Positions 7,854 to 17,557 are shown, counted from the stretch's first letter. The stretch is DNA of 64,000 nucleotides from an uncultured Verrucomicrobiota bacterium (GCA_946613265.1 CAMOFK010000003.1:24790-88789); one strand, 5' to 3'. Notes: generated from the sequence alone by a model not told the origin. Program-made: numbers and translations.

Positions 7854-8996
7854 ATGCCCGAATATATCGCCCTCGATTTCGAGACTGCAAACCCACAGCG
7901 CGTCTCCGCTTGCTCTGTCGGCGGATGCGTAATTTCCAATGACCAGATAGTTGACCGCTTCTCGTCTTTCATAAAGCCGCCTACCGACTATTTTGCCCTC
8001 TCTAATGTCGCCATCCACCATATCACCCCGGACATGGTCGCCGACGCCCCTACCTTCGCAGACCTCTTCCCTCGCTTTTGCTCCCGCGTCAATCATCGCA
8101 CCGTCATTTCCTATACCAGGTTCGACCTAACGGTCATAGAGTCCCTCTTCAGCTACTTCGGCCTGTCCGCCCCATTCAAGTATGTCGATGTCTGCGCCCT
8201 CGCAAGGGAAAAACTGCCTCAACTCCCAAACCACCGACTCCCTACTGTCGCCGCCGCACTCGGTCTAGGTTCGTTCAACCACCACGACGCTTCTGCCGAC
8301 GCCGAAATGTGCGCCCGCGTCTTCCTCGCCCTTCGGAAACTCCCGCAGAATAGTGCAAAAACCCGCCGCCGCCCCATCGCTAATGCGTTCTCCGATTATA
8401 TCGATTCTGTCCTTGATGACGGAGTTGTCGATGTCAAGGAGGTGGTCGAGCTCCGCTGCTTTCTCGATGTCCTGCCACCTTGCCAACCCCTCGATGACCT
8501 AGCCACCCAACTCGATGCCGCCCTCGCCGACGGCGTTATTACCCAAGACGAATCAAACTCCATCGCCGATTCTCTCAGCGCTGTTCGGGCTATCGCACAC
8601 AATATCTTCGACTCTGAACCACGCCAGCCCACGCCTCGCTCGATTCCGCCAAAGAGCAAACCTCGCTTCGTCACCCTCAAGCCCTCCGACGTCACCCATT
8701 CCGCCCCTGCCGACTCCATTGATCCCAACAATCCGCTCTATGGGAAAACGGTCGTCTTTACCGGAGAACTCTCAGGCCTCTCGCGCGAAAAAGCGTGGCA
8801 GACTGTTGTCGATCTCGGCGGCAAAGCCGCCAACGGCGTCACTCGCTCCACCGATTTCCTCGTCATCGGATACACCGGCGAATACGGCGTCACATCCAAA
8901 CAGAAGATGGCCGAACGCTACATCCAGCAAGGTCGCCCAATCTCTATCATTGATGAATCGGAATTCCTTAGGTTGACAGCCGCCGGCGAACAATAA
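7854..8996 (+). CDS. DEDDh (DnaQ-like) 3'-5' exonuclease fused to C-terminal BRCT domain
   Basis: AAGGAG Shine-Dalgarno 9 nt upstream. YIALDFETAN (Exo I)...HHDASADAEMCARVF (Exo III). C-terminal BRCT-like stretch GKTVVFTGELSGLSREKAWQTVVDLGGKAANGVTRSTDFLVIG. Confidence 0.75.
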   Translation: MPEYIALDFETANPQRVSACSVGGCVISNDQIVDRFSSFIKPPTDYFALSNVAIHHITPDMVADAPTFADLFPRFCSRVNHRTVISYTRFDLTVIESLFSYFGLSAPFKYVDVCALAREKLPQLPNHRLPTVAAALGLGSFNHHDASADAEMCARVFLALRKLPQNSAKTRRRPIANAFSDYIDSVLDDGVVDVKEVVELRCFLDVLPPCQPLDDLATQLDAALADGVITQDESNSIADSLSAVRAIAHNIFDSEPRQPTPRSIPPKSKPRFVTLKPSDVTHSAPADSIDPNNPLYGKTVVFTGELSGLSREKAWQTVVDLGGKAANGVTRSTDFLVIGYTGEYGVTSKQKMAERYIQQGRPISIIDESEFLRLTAAGEQ

Positions 8997-9107
8997 ATGT
9001 GTCAGAGGGAATTTGTGACCAAAGGTGTGACTAATCAACAATTCGGCAAATATGTTAAAGTCCCAAAACACCCAACAAAACCAGTGTATGACAAAGCAAG
9101 CCGTTTT

Positions 9108-9888
9108 TTCGAATCCCCCCCCCTCCGCCAATTGAAAACAGTTGCCCTTTTTCGGGGCCGCAAGGCGGGCGCAAGACGAGCGTCCGTTTTTTGTTTGCCG
9201 TGTCGCAGGCGCTCAGCGGAAGCCGAGAATTTTGTGGAGCTGCACGGAAAGCGACCAGTCCGGCAAAAGCGCCAGCGCGGCTTTCGCGCCGGCGAAATCG
9301 ATTTCGCCGGCGCGCTCGCATGGCGAAACGTAGTAGTCGCCGGCGCTGATTCTCGCGCGCATGCGGCGGCAAAATGCGGCTGTCTGCTCCGGCGGCGCCG
9401 ATGCCACGACGCGGACTTCGCCGGCGACCGCAATCCGCACCGAGCTTTCATACTCGATTTTCGGCGAGCATGCAATGTAATCGACGAATGCAAGCCACGG
9501 CGCGTCGTCGATGGAGCGCGTGCCGTTTGTCTCGACGGCGATCCAGAAGCCGCGCTTCTTGAGTTCGGCGACGAGGCGATCCATGCCTTGCACGATCGTC
9601 GGCTCCCCGCCGGTCAGAATGACATTGCGGCACGAAAAGGACGAAATCTCGTCCACAAGGCTTTCTAGGGACGCCGCGAAGCGCGCCTCTGCGGCGGTGT
9701 CGCACCACGCGCATGAAAGATTGCAGCCGGCGAAGCGCACGAATACGCACTGCCGGCCGGTGTTCCGCCCCTCTCCCTGGAGAGACTTGAAAATCTCGAC
9801 GAGTTTGAATTCCATCGCCCGCCGCGCGCTCACTCGAAGCCCAGGACGTTGCGCATCGTGTATATCCCGCACGCGCGCCCCTTCGCCC
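9108..9888. repeat. 781-bp direct repeat, copy 2 (23-nt tRNA-Ser 3' fragment + queE + dapB 3' end)
   Basis: See copy 1. This copy continues into intact dapB. Confidence 0.95.
9213..9815 (-). CDS. queE: 7-carboxy-7-deazaguanine synthase QueE, copy 2
   Basis: Identical 200-aa translation to copy 1. Lies 14 nt downstream of the dapB stop. Confidence 0.8.
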   Translation of the reverse strand: MEFKLVEIFKSLQGEGRNTGRQCVFVRFAGCNLSCAWCDTAAEARFAASLESLVDEISSFSCRNVILTGGEPTIVQGMDRLVAELKKRGFWIAVETNGTRSIDDAPWLAFVDYIACSPKIEYESSVRIAVAGEVRVVASAPPEQTAAFCRRMRARISAGDYYVSPCERAGEIDFAGAKAALALLPDWSLSVQLHKILGFR

Positions 9889-10561
9889 ACTTCACCGCGG
9901 CCAGCGCGCCGGCGGCGAACGCTTCGCGAGTCTGCGCGCGGTGCGCAAGCTCGATCCGCTCGACATCGCCCGCGAACATCACGACATGGTCGCCGACGAC
10001 GGAGCCGCCGCGAAGAGCGTGTATGGCGATTTCCCCCTGCGGGCGCTCGCCAATATCGCCGCGCCGCCCGTAAATCGTGCTTGCGTCGAAATCCTGCCCC
10101 CTGCCGGCGGCGACGGCTTTCGCGAGCATCAGCGCCGTGCCGGAAGGAGCGTCCTTCTTGTGCCGGTGGTGCATTTCGACGACTTCGACATCGTAAGCGG
10201 CGCCAAGCGCCGCAGCCGTCCTGCGCGTCAGCTCCAGCAGCAGATTTATGCCGAGCGAATAATTGCCGCTCTGCACGACGGGGATTTTCGCGGCCGCGGC
10301 ATCGACGGCGGCCTGCTCGCCGGCGTCGAGGCCCGTGGTGCCCAGGACGTACGCAATACCCTGCGCCGCCGCCTTCGCGATGGCTTGCGGCACGGCGCTA
10401 TGATGGGAAAAATCGACAATCCCCTCTGCATCCGCCGGCCAGTCGCTATCGAAACCTGGCGCGACATCCACCTTGGCGACGACCTCCAGACCCATGGAAG
10501 GCGCGAGCGCCGCGAGCATTTTCCCCATCCTGCCCGCCGCACCGACAATAGCAATCTTCAT
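9830..10561 (-). CDS. dapB: 4-hydroxy-tetrahydrodipicolinate reductase
   Basis: MKIAIVGAAGRMGK...VEMHHRHKKDAPSGTA...GGSVVGDH are hallmark DapB motifs. Confidence 0.9.
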   Translation of the reverse strand: MKIAIVGAAGRMGKMLAALAPSMGLEVVAKVDVAPGFDSDWPADAEGIVDFSHHSAVPQAIAKAAAQGIAYVLGTTGLDAGEQAAVDAAAAKIPVVQSGNYSLGINLLLELTRRTAAALGAAYDVEVVEMHHRHKKDAPSGTALMLAKAVAAGRGQDFDASTIYGRRGDIGERPQGEIAIHALRGGSVVGDHVVMFAGDVERIELAHRAQTREAFAAGALAAVKWAKGRACGIYTMRNVLGFE

Positions 10562-11107
10562 TTACCTTGTTCCTCCGTTCGCCTTGGCGAGTTTCTTTAG
10601 CTTCGCGGCGTATTTGAGCCTTTCCACGGCCGTCATGCGATCTATATACAGAACGCCGTCGAGATGGTCAAGCTCATGCTGTATGGCGCGCGCGAGATAG
10701 CCGCGCGCGGTGATCATCTGGTTGCGGCCGTCGATATCGACATACTGGCACGTCACTTCGGCGGCGCGCACGAGCGACCCGCCAATGCCGGGGAAGCTCA
10801 AGCAGCCTTCCTTGTCATCCTGAGAACCTTCGCGAGACACGATCTCCGGATTGAATAGGACGAGCGGCATGGCTATCGGCGCATTGAAAGCGCGGTCTTC
10901 CTCGTTCTCGCACTTCGCGGGAACATCGATGACGCAAAGGCGCTCCAGCCTCCCGACCTGCTGCGCGGCGAGCCCGACGCCGTTGGCGGCATCCATCGTC
11001 TCCAGCATATCGGCGGCGAGCGCGCGCATCGCCTCCGAGACGGCGGCGACGGGGCGCGCCTTCTCGCGCAACACCTTCTCGCCGTATTTGCAAATCTTCA
11101 AAATCAT
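10562..11107 (-). CDS. def: Peptide deformylase
   Basis: ORF trimmed to ATG 11107. Carries the GVGLAAQQVG, EGCLSFP and QHELDHLDG motifs. Confidence 0.9.
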   Translation of the reverse strand: MILKICKYGEKVLREKARPVAAVSEAMRALAADMLETMDAANGVGLAAQQVGRLERLCVIDVPAKCENEEDRAFNAPIAMPLVLFNPEIVSREGSQDDKEGCLSFPGIGGSLVRAAEVTCQYVDIDGRNQMITARGYLARAIQHELDHLDGVLYIDRMTAVERLKYAAKLKKLAKANGGTR

Positions 11108-11154
11108 GGCAGCGTCCTGATTGTGCGAAAGGGCCGGCGAGTCCGCCGGCCTGC

Positions 11155-11586
11155 TCACGCCCTCCCGGTAGAGCCGAAACCGCCGCACCCGCGACCGGTG
11201 GATGAAAGTTCCTCGACCTCGACGACTTCGGCGCGCGCCACGGTCGCGATCACGAGCTGCGCGATACGCTCGCCGCGCGCGATCTTGAACGCTTCCTTGC
11301 CGTGGTTTATCAGAATCACGCCGATCTCGCCGCGATAGCCAGAATCTATCGTGCCTGGCGAATTGAGGACGGTGACGCCATGCTTGAGGGCGAGGCCGCT
11401 GCGCGGCCGCACCTGCGCCTCGCAACCCTCCGGAAGCTCCATCGCGAGTCCCGTGGGGACGAGCGCGTGGCCGCCGGGCGGAAGCTCAAGCTCCGCGATG
11501 CTGCGCAAATCCATTCCCGCATCGCCCTCGCGGGCGTACGCGGGCAGGACGGCGTCGGAAGAAAGCTTTTTGAAACGTACGGTCAT
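11155..11586 (-). CDS. dut: dUTP diphosphatase
   Basis: ATG at 11586 (the track start at 11592 is TTG). Motifs [24 protein letters not shown]. Confidence 0.9.
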   Translation of the reverse strand: MTVRFKKLSSDAVLPAYAREGDAGMDLRSIAELELPPGGHALVPTGLAMELPEGCEAQVRPRSGLALKHGVTVLNSPGTIDSGYRGEIGVILINHGKEAFKIARGERIAQLVIATVARAEVVEVEELSSTGRGCGGFGSTGRA

Positions 11587-11676
11587 TTCCAACTGGGCGG
11601 CCGGCGGACGGCAAAGGCGCCGCGCGCCGGCGGCGTGGAAGCAAGCCGCATGGCGCGGCTTGCCGGTTCCACAATT

Positions 11677-13323
11677 TCACTCTTCGTCGCCAGCGGGCGC
11701 TTCGGTCGTCTCGTAGCCGGCGTTCGGCGCGAACTCCAGACGGGCGAGATTGGCGTCTTCCCACTTATCGACAACCGCGCGAGTCTTCTCGACATCGGCC
11801 TGCTGGCGGAGATTGCGCGCGTAGAGCATCTCCGTCGCGGCGTCTCCGGCGGTGCGGCTCTCGCAATAGACGACAAGCCCGCGCCCGGCGCCGGTGGTGA
11901 CGAGGCTGGAAAGCTCGCCGGCCTTGAGCTTCTTGGCGGCGTTGGCGATCGCTCCGGAATCCGGGAAGGAGAGGGTCTGGCGATCCGCAGGCGAGAACAC
12001 TATGTTCGTCGAAACATTGCCGCTCGCGAGGACGGCTTCGACGCCCTTGGCGATAACCTCGCCGACTTCCGCCTTGAAAGCATCGGCCTTGAGGTCGCGC
12101 AAAACCTGCGGGCCGATCTTGTCCTTCGCTTCATCGAAGCCGGGGGTGTGCGCGGGGCTCGTCTCCGCGACCTCGAAAAGCCACACGGCGCTCGCGGACG
12201 TCGCGACGTTGTAGCGCTGGTACTCGTCTTCGGGATCGATCTCGGCGACGCGCGCGGCGAAATCCCTTGCGCCCGGAGCGATGGCGCCGGGATACTGCAT
12301 GAACCCTTCGACGCGCGCGCCAGCCGGCGAGAACCAATCGCTCACGACGATACTCTCGCCTTCCTCGGCGGCGATCTTGTCGAGCCGCGAAGCCTTGGCA
12401 TCCTCGCCCTCGGCGAGATCGGCGTACGCGCGGCGCTGCAAATCCGTCGAGATCGCGTCCACGGCGGCGGCGATGCGCAGCTCGCGCTCGATGCCTTCCT
12501 TGACTTCGTCAAGCGCTTTGACGGTCTCTACGCCGTTGGTGTCGGTGGATTTGTACTTGGCGATGTTGACGTCGTAGTAGTCCTGGATGTCGTCGGCGGA
12601 AATCTCCTGCTTGGCGAGCGTCTCGGGCTTAGTGGCGTCGATCTTGATATAGCGAATCTTGACGCGCTCGGGGAGCGCGAGTTTTGCGCTGTTCGCGTCG
12701 TACCACGTCTTCAGCGCGGCGTCATCGACCGTGATGGCATTGGCCTTCGCCTTGTCCTGCGTGAAGCGGGCGACGCGCACATTGAAGGAATCCGTCTCGT
12801 CGGCGACGCGCACGTCCAGCTCCATCGGAGCCGTGAACGCGCCGGCGGCCACGAGGATGGCATGGACGCCATTGACGGCGAGGCTGCGGCGCAGGGAATT
12901 CTCGTGGCGCTCCGGCGTCAGCCCCTGCTGGGCGAGCGCCATGCGGTATGCGTCGAAATTGAATTCGCTGCGCGACATGTACGAGAACTGGTCGCGGACG
13001 ATATTGCCGAGGACCGCGTCGCTGACGACGATTCCATCGTCGTCGGCCACGCGCAGATCGGCGATGCGCTTCCACGTCTCGAGATTGATTTCCGCGTCCG
13101 TCCTGTTGCCGCGCTCGCGCCCGATGACGTCGGAGCGGATGTTGTCGAATTCGGCCGTGGAGACGTCCTTGCCGCCGAGACGGCCTGCGACGCCCTCTAC
13201 CGGGCCGTCGGCGGAGCGGCCGGTGAAAAGATCGTCGAAGCAGAAGGCGGCGGAAACGACCACCGCGAAGGCACCCCATACCCATTTGTTGCGGATGAGC
13301 TTGTTGAACTGCAGAATCACCAT
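11677..13323 (-). CDS. PpiD/SurA-N-like periplasmic chaperone, membrane anchored
   Basis: N-terminal TM segment (KWVWGAFAVVVSAAF) followed by a long SurA-N-type region. 548 aa, placed where ppiD-like genes are typically found. Confidence 0.55.
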   Translation of the reverse strand: MVILQFNKLIRNKWVWGAFAVVVSAAFCFDDLFTGRSADGPVEGVAGRLGGKDVSTAEFDNIRSDVIGRERGNRTDAEINLETWKRIADLRVADDDGIVVSDAVLGNIVRDQFSYMSRSEFNFDAYRMALAQQGLTPERHENSLRRSLAVNGVHAILVAAGAFTAPMELDVRVADETDSFNVRVARFTQDKAKANAITVDDAALKTWYDANSAKLALPERVKIRYIKIDATKPETLAKQEISADDIQDYYDVNIAKYKSTDTNGVETVKALDEVKEGIERELRIAAAVDAISTDLQRRAYADLAEGEDAKASRLDKIAAEEGESIVVSDWFSPAGARVEGFMQYPGAIAPGARDFAARVAEIDPEDEYQRYNVATSASAVWLFEVAETSPAHTPGFDEAKDKIGPQVLRDLKADAFKAEVGEVIAKGVEAVLASGNVSTNIVFSPADRQTLSFPDSGAIANAAKKLKAGELSSLVTTGAGRGLVVYCESRTAGDAATEMLYARNLRQQADVEKTRAVVDKWEDANLARLEFAPNAGYETTEAPAGDEE

Positions 13324-13466
13324 ATAGGTAACTTATCTCTTTCTTTTTTGTTTGCTTATTTTTCGCCCTCTGCTCCGTCGCCGCGCCGGCGCCTCCGGAC
13401 GATCGCTTCGCCGCATTTCGCGGCTTTCAAGCGAGGCCCGGCATGCGCCGGTACGCGCACCGCGCA

Positions 13467-14654
13467 TCAGAACTCGAAATCATCGCCTGCCGCCGGCGTG
13501 GCGGCTTTCGCATCTCCTGCCGTGTCCGTGGAAACGCCGACCGGCTCCGAAGTCGCGCCGCCGACTTCGTTTTCGATCGCGTCATCCTCGACCTCGACCT
13601 CGACATCCATGACGTCGGAAGCGGCGGCGGCGTTCTTCTTCGCCGCGTCGTCCTTCTTCTCTTCCTGCGCAACCGGGCCAAGCTCCCCGGTATTGATCTC
13701 CCCGACACCTTCGGCGAACGCGCAGCGGTTGCGCAGCGCGCCGCTCGCGTCGAATGTCATGACGCTCACGCTCATACCCTCGCCAATCGCGGGAACGGCG
13801 CGATGGATGCGGACGGCCGTCTTGGGCGAAAGCACCCACGAGAGCGTCTTCTTCTCGCTTGCGACTTCGCCGGTTTCGAAATTCTTGATCGTCAGCATGG
13901 AGCCTTGGTCGAGAATCACAGCGCTGTCGCCGCGATTCCCGTAAAGCCCGGTGAACAGCTGATCCTGCGAAGAACGGATTTTCACTTCGCAGGCCGTCTT
14001 GACTTCCGGGAATGTGAAATTGCGGCCGTTGATGCCGAACGAGCCGGTGATGCAGCGGATTTGCGCCACTTCGCCATCCACGGTCTGCTTGTAGGCATAG
14101 CGCGAGACTCCTTTCGGATTCACGACCTCGAAAAACGGGCTGACCACCTTGAACTTGCCGTCAGGCATATTGCGCGGCAGCTTGACGGCGACCACGCCGC
14201 TCTTCAGCGTCACGGTGCGCGTATCTTCTCCGAACGGCTGGAAGCGCGTGCCGAAGGACGAAGGGCCGCCTTCGATCTGCACGGAAATATCCTCTGTCTC
14301 GCCGAACTGGACTTTCAGGCGGGATGTGGGATCAGTCGTGCGGTACGTCGAGCCGAGCGGGTAGAACTTGCCCTCTTCGAGGGGTTCCCATTCGCTCGCG
14401 CCAGGCTTCAAGACTTCCGCCGCGCCGACAATGCTGCGGCAGTATGGCAGCGTCTTGAAGACGTGCGCGCCGGCGTTGCGCCCGGCCTCCTCGCCGCCGG
14501 CGGCTTCGGCATCCGGGGAAGCTTCGCCTTCCGCATTCGCCGCCGCCGCGGCTTGTTCGTTCTGGGAACCGAAATCGAAGTCGCCTTCCTGCGCAAGCGC
14601 GCAAAACGCCGCTGCGGCGCACGAAGCCGCAATCGTTCTCATGAGAATCTTCAT
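13467..14654 (-). CDS. Hypothetical secreted protein with acidic C-terminal tail
   Basis: ORF trimmed to ATG 14654. Signal peptide MKILMRTIAASCAAAAFCALAQE. No recognisable domain. Confidence 0.55.
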   Translation of the reverse strand: MKILMRTIAASCAAAAFCALAQEGDFDFGSQNEQAAAAANAEGEASPDAEAAGGEEAGRNAGAHVFKTLPYCRSIVGAAEVLKPGASEWEPLEEGKFYPLGSTYRTTDPTSRLKVQFGETEDISVQIEGGPSSFGTRFQPFGEDTRTVTLKSGVVAVKLPRNMPDGKFKVVSPFFEVVNPKGVSRYAYKQTVDGEVAQIRCITGSFGINGRNFTFPEVKTACEVKIRSSQDQLFTGLYGNRGDSAVILDQGSMLTIKNFETGEVASEKKTLSWVLSPKTAVRIHRAVPAIGEGMSVSVMTFDASGALRNRCAFAEGVGEINTGELGPVAQEEKKDDAAKKNAAAASDVMDVEVEVEDDAIENEVGGATSEPVGVSTDTAGDAKAATPAAGDDFEF

Positions 14655-14802
14655 CTTCCGCTCCTGTTGTCGATGCGACGATGGAATTTTCAACCCGGTA
14701 AATGCGCTTGCATCATTGGCGCCGCCTCCGCTTGGCCGCGCCCGGCGGATTTCCCCCGCCAGGCGGCGTGGCGCGCAACCGCAACCGCTGGCCATGAAAG
14801 CT

Positions 14803-15978
14803 TTAGACGAGGTGCGCGCCTTCGGAAGGCTTGATCAGCGAGCAGACCGGCTCGTCGCCGTACTTCGCCTTGTACTCCTTCGTGATCGCCGCAGCGATCT
14901 TGCCGGCTGCGGACGGATCGACGAGCAGGCAGCACGAGCCGCCGAATCCGCCGCCGGAGAGGCGCGCGCCATAGACTTCGGGAATCGCCTTGGCGGCATC
15001 GACGATAGTGTCCAGCTCGTCGCAGGAATTCTCGAACCAGTTGCGGCTGGATTCATGCGAATCGTACATGAGCGCGCCGAAGCCGGCGAGATCGCCCTTG
15101 GAAAGAAGCTCCGCGCCCTGCAGAACGCGCTCGTCTTCGCCGATCGGATGCACCGCCCTCTTCGCCGTGGTCTCGGCGAGGCCGCCGCGATAGAGCACCC
15201 ACTCGGCCATTGTGACGTCGCGCAGATGCGTGACCTTCTTGCCGCGCAGGACGCCGGCGAAAAACTTCGCGGCGTCTTCGCACGCCTGGCGGCGCGACGC
15301 ATAAGCGCCGTCAACGAGCGCGTGCTTGGCGTTGGACTTGACCATCATGAAGGCGACGCCTTCGCCCATATCGACGTTTTCGAAAGTGTTGAAGCGGAAA
15401 TCGCTCTTCACGAGCGAGCCTTCCTTGCCGTACATTGACGAAGCCTGGTCGAGAAGTCCGCAGGGGCAGCCGGCGAACGTGTGCTCGGCCTTCTGGCCGA
15501 TTTTCGCGAGCGTCGTCTTGTCCTTCTCGATTCCGTAGAGCTTGCAAAGCGCGAGCGCCGTGCACATTTCGAGGGCGGCGGAAGACGAAAGGCCTGCGCC
15601 GAGAGGGATGTTGCCGAGGAACATGCCCTTCCAGCCCTTGCCGGCCTTCGCGGGTTCTCCGTCGAAGAGCCAGTTGAAAGTGCCCGTGACGTAGTTCTGC
15701 CACGTCATTTCCTTCGCGGGCTTGACCGAGGAAAGATCGAATGCCGCCGTCTCCATCAAGTCGGCCGCCGTCAATTCGCAATCGGTGCCGGCGCTCTTGG
15801 AGGCCGCGAAGAACGTGCCCTTGTCGATCGCCGCGGAAAAGACGTAGCCTTCGTTGTAGTCGGTGTGGTTGCCGAGGACTTCGATGCGGCCGGGCGCGTA
15901 CGCCACGACTTCCGGCTTGGCGCCGTACTTCGCTTCGAACTTGGCCACGAGCTCGTCATATACTTCCTTGTTCTGCAT
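14803..15978 (-). CDS. galK: Galactokinase
   Basis: YAPGRIEVLGNHTDYNEGYV and GAGLSSSAALE (GHMP kinase) motifs. Confidence 0.9.
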   Translation of the reverse strand: MQNKEVYDELVAKFEAKYGAKPEVVAYAPGRIEVLGNHTDYNEGYVFSAAIDKGTFFAASKSAGTDCELTAADLMETAAFDLSSVKPAKEMTWQNYVTGTFNWLFDGEPAKAGKGWKGMFLGNIPLGAGLSSSAALEMCTALALCKLYGIEKDKTTLAKIGQKAEHTFAGCPCGLLDQASSMYGKEGSLVKSDFRFNTFENVDMGEGVAFMMVKSNAKHALVDGAYASRRQACEDAAKFFAGVLRGKKVTHLRDVTMAEWVLYRGGLAETTAKRAVHPIGEDERVLQGAELLSKGDLAGFGALMYDSHESSRNWFENSCDELDTIVDAAKAIPEVYGARLSGGGFGGSCCLLVDPSAAGKIAAAITKEYKAKYGDEPVCSLIKPSEGAHLV

Positions 15979-16028
15979 TGCGGGAACCTTTCAAATTAAG
16001 TTGGGTGTTGCGGTGTTTGGCGTGGGCG

Positions 16029-17393
16029 TCAGTCGATCTTGATATCCGTGTTCACATTCTTGGAGAAAGCGAGCGCGTACACGAAGAGGTAGGCGAAGCA
16101 GAAGATCGGCACGACATAGCTGACCATGAAGCCGAAGGAGTCGGCGAGCCAGCCCTGCAGCGACGGGAGGATCGCGCCGCCGACGACCATGACCATGAAG
16201 AGGCCGGAAGCCTGTTCGGTGTACTTGCCGAGTCCCTCGGTCGCGAGATTGAACATCACGCCCCACATGACCGACGCGGAAAGACCGGCGAGAATGAAGA
16301 ACAGCGCGGCGAGCGGAACCTGCGTCATGGCGAGCGACTTGAGGCTCTGGAAGAGCGGGAGGCGCACCATCATGTCGGGGGCGAACGCGCCGCACAGCGC
16401 GCCGACGGTGCAAAGGAGCGTGCCGGAACCGGTGCACCAGAGGCACATGGTGCGGCTGGAGACCTTGCCGCCGATGATGGCGCCCACGAGACGCCCTACG
16501 AGCATGAGCATCATGAACGTAGCGGCCGTCGAAGCCGCGATCACCATCGCCTGCTCGGGCGTGATGCCGGCGATCTTGAGCAGCGGCGAAGTCGGATTGT
16601 CGGGCTGGAGCCAGAGGCGCATGTAGTTCTGCGTGCCGAGTTCCACGCCCATGTAGAGGAAGATGCCGATGACGCCGAAGCGGCAGTGGCGGAACGCGAG
16701 CGCGCTGCGCTCAAGCACGACGTCGGACTTGCGCGCCGTCGGGTTCTGGATCGGGATGAAAGAGATGATCAGCGTCGCGACGATGAACACGGCCGCAGCG
16801 GCCATGAGCACTCCGGAGATGTCGGAGAACTGCGTATCCTTCGTGATCTTGCCGATGATCGAGCCGAGTATGATCGGCGCGGACGCGCCGCAGAACGAAT
16901 TGAAGGCGCTGCCGCCGAGATTGAGCTGGTTGCCCTTGTTGCCGCCGCCGACGATCTGGTTGAGCATCGGGTTGATCACGGTGTTGAGCAAGCAGTTGGA
17001 AAAGCCGCTGACGAGCGCGCCGGCGAGATAGACGATCCACGCGGCAGGCACCTGGCCTATCAAGCCCATGCTCGCCTCGAGTTTGCCGGAAAGGACTTGC
17101 ACGAGAACGCCGACGGCGCCGGAGCCGGTCGCGAGCAGCGCGGTCTTCTTGTAGCCGATCTTCTGGAGGAACTTGCCCGCCGGATACCCCATGATGAGGT
17201 AGGCGATGAAGTTCATCGAGTTGCCGAGCATTCCGAGGACGTTCGAACCTCCCGGCAGCTTGTACTTCCACACGTCTCCCGCAGGTGCCGCGAGGAACGT
17301 GACAAAGCCGACCATCGCGTAGAGGGCGAACATGGTGATGATGGCGACGAGCTGGCCGCCCTTCTTGCTTCCGGCGTTTTCTTCGTTGGACAT
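16029..17393 (-). CDS. MFS sugar transporter (FucP/GluP glucose-galactose-fucose family)
   Basis: 454 aa with about 12 hydrophobic segments. Adjacent to galK. The sequence pattern resembles the FucP/GluP family. Confidence 0.7.
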   Translation of the reverse strand: MSNEENAGSKKGGQLVAIITMFALYAMVGFVTFLAAPAGDVWKYKLPGGSNVLGMLGNSMNFIAYLIMGYPAGKFLQKIGYKKTALLATGSGAVGVLVQVLSGKLEASMGLIGQVPAAWIVYLAGALVSGFSNCLLNTVINPMLNQIVGGGNKGNQLNLGGSAFNSFCGASAPIILGSIIGKITKDTQFSDISGVLMAAAAVFIVATLIISFIPIQNPTARKSDVVLERSALAFRHCRFGVIGIFLYMGVELGTQNYMRLWLQPDNPTSPLLKIAGITPEQAMVIAASTAATFMMLMLVGRLVGAIIGGKVSSRTMCLWCTGSGTLLCTVGALCGAFAPDMMVRLPLFQSLKSLAMTQVPLAALFFILAGLSASVMWGVMFNLATEGLGKYTEQASGLFMVMVVGGAILPSLQGWLADSFGFMVSYVVPIFCFAYLFVYALAFSKNVNTDIKID

Positions 17394-17424
17394 GCTTTCT
17401 TTCCTTTTTCTTGCTTTGAGAAAT

Positions 17425-17433
17425 ATTATATCA
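17425..17433 (-). promoter_or_regulatory. Extended -10 promoter (TGATATAAT) for the MFS transporter/galK operon
   Basis: The minus strand reads TGATATAAT, about 32 nt upstream of ATG 17393. An AAGGAAAG Shine-Dalgarno lies in the leader. Confidence 0.5.
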
Positions 17434-17557
17434 TATTTCCGCGCATCCGTGGCGCGGCGGACTGGTCAAGAATAATGGAGGGCGGCAGACTCGCGATTGC
17501 CCGGCTTTGCGGCGCGGCGCGCTCCCGGCGCCGCCGCCCGTCCATCATTCGCGCGCA

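Larger units (their letters stand above)
6533..9107. mobile_element. 2575-bp lower-GC insert between the two 781-bp repeats
   Basis: Bounded exactly by the repeat edges. Carries an IS fragment plus two cargo genes, and its composition is visibly more AT-rich than the flanks. Confidence 0.7.

Noticed and set aside
8997-9668. 223-aa plus-strand ORF crossing the insert/repeat junction
   Set aside because: It starts in the insert and continues antisense to queE copy 2. Its downstream part is identical to the shadow ORF at 5485-6312, so it is an artefact of the duplication.
9511-10551. 346-aa plus-strand ORF
   Set aside because: It is antisense to queE and dapB, with extreme Arg/Pro/Ala composition.
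11302-13944. 880-aa plus-strand ORF
   Set aside because: It is antisense to the PpiD-like gene and the secreted-protein gene. Its composition is Arg/Ala/Gly-rich low complexity with no motifs, which is a typical shadow ORF of GC-rich DNA. The minus-strand genes have real motifs and start signals.
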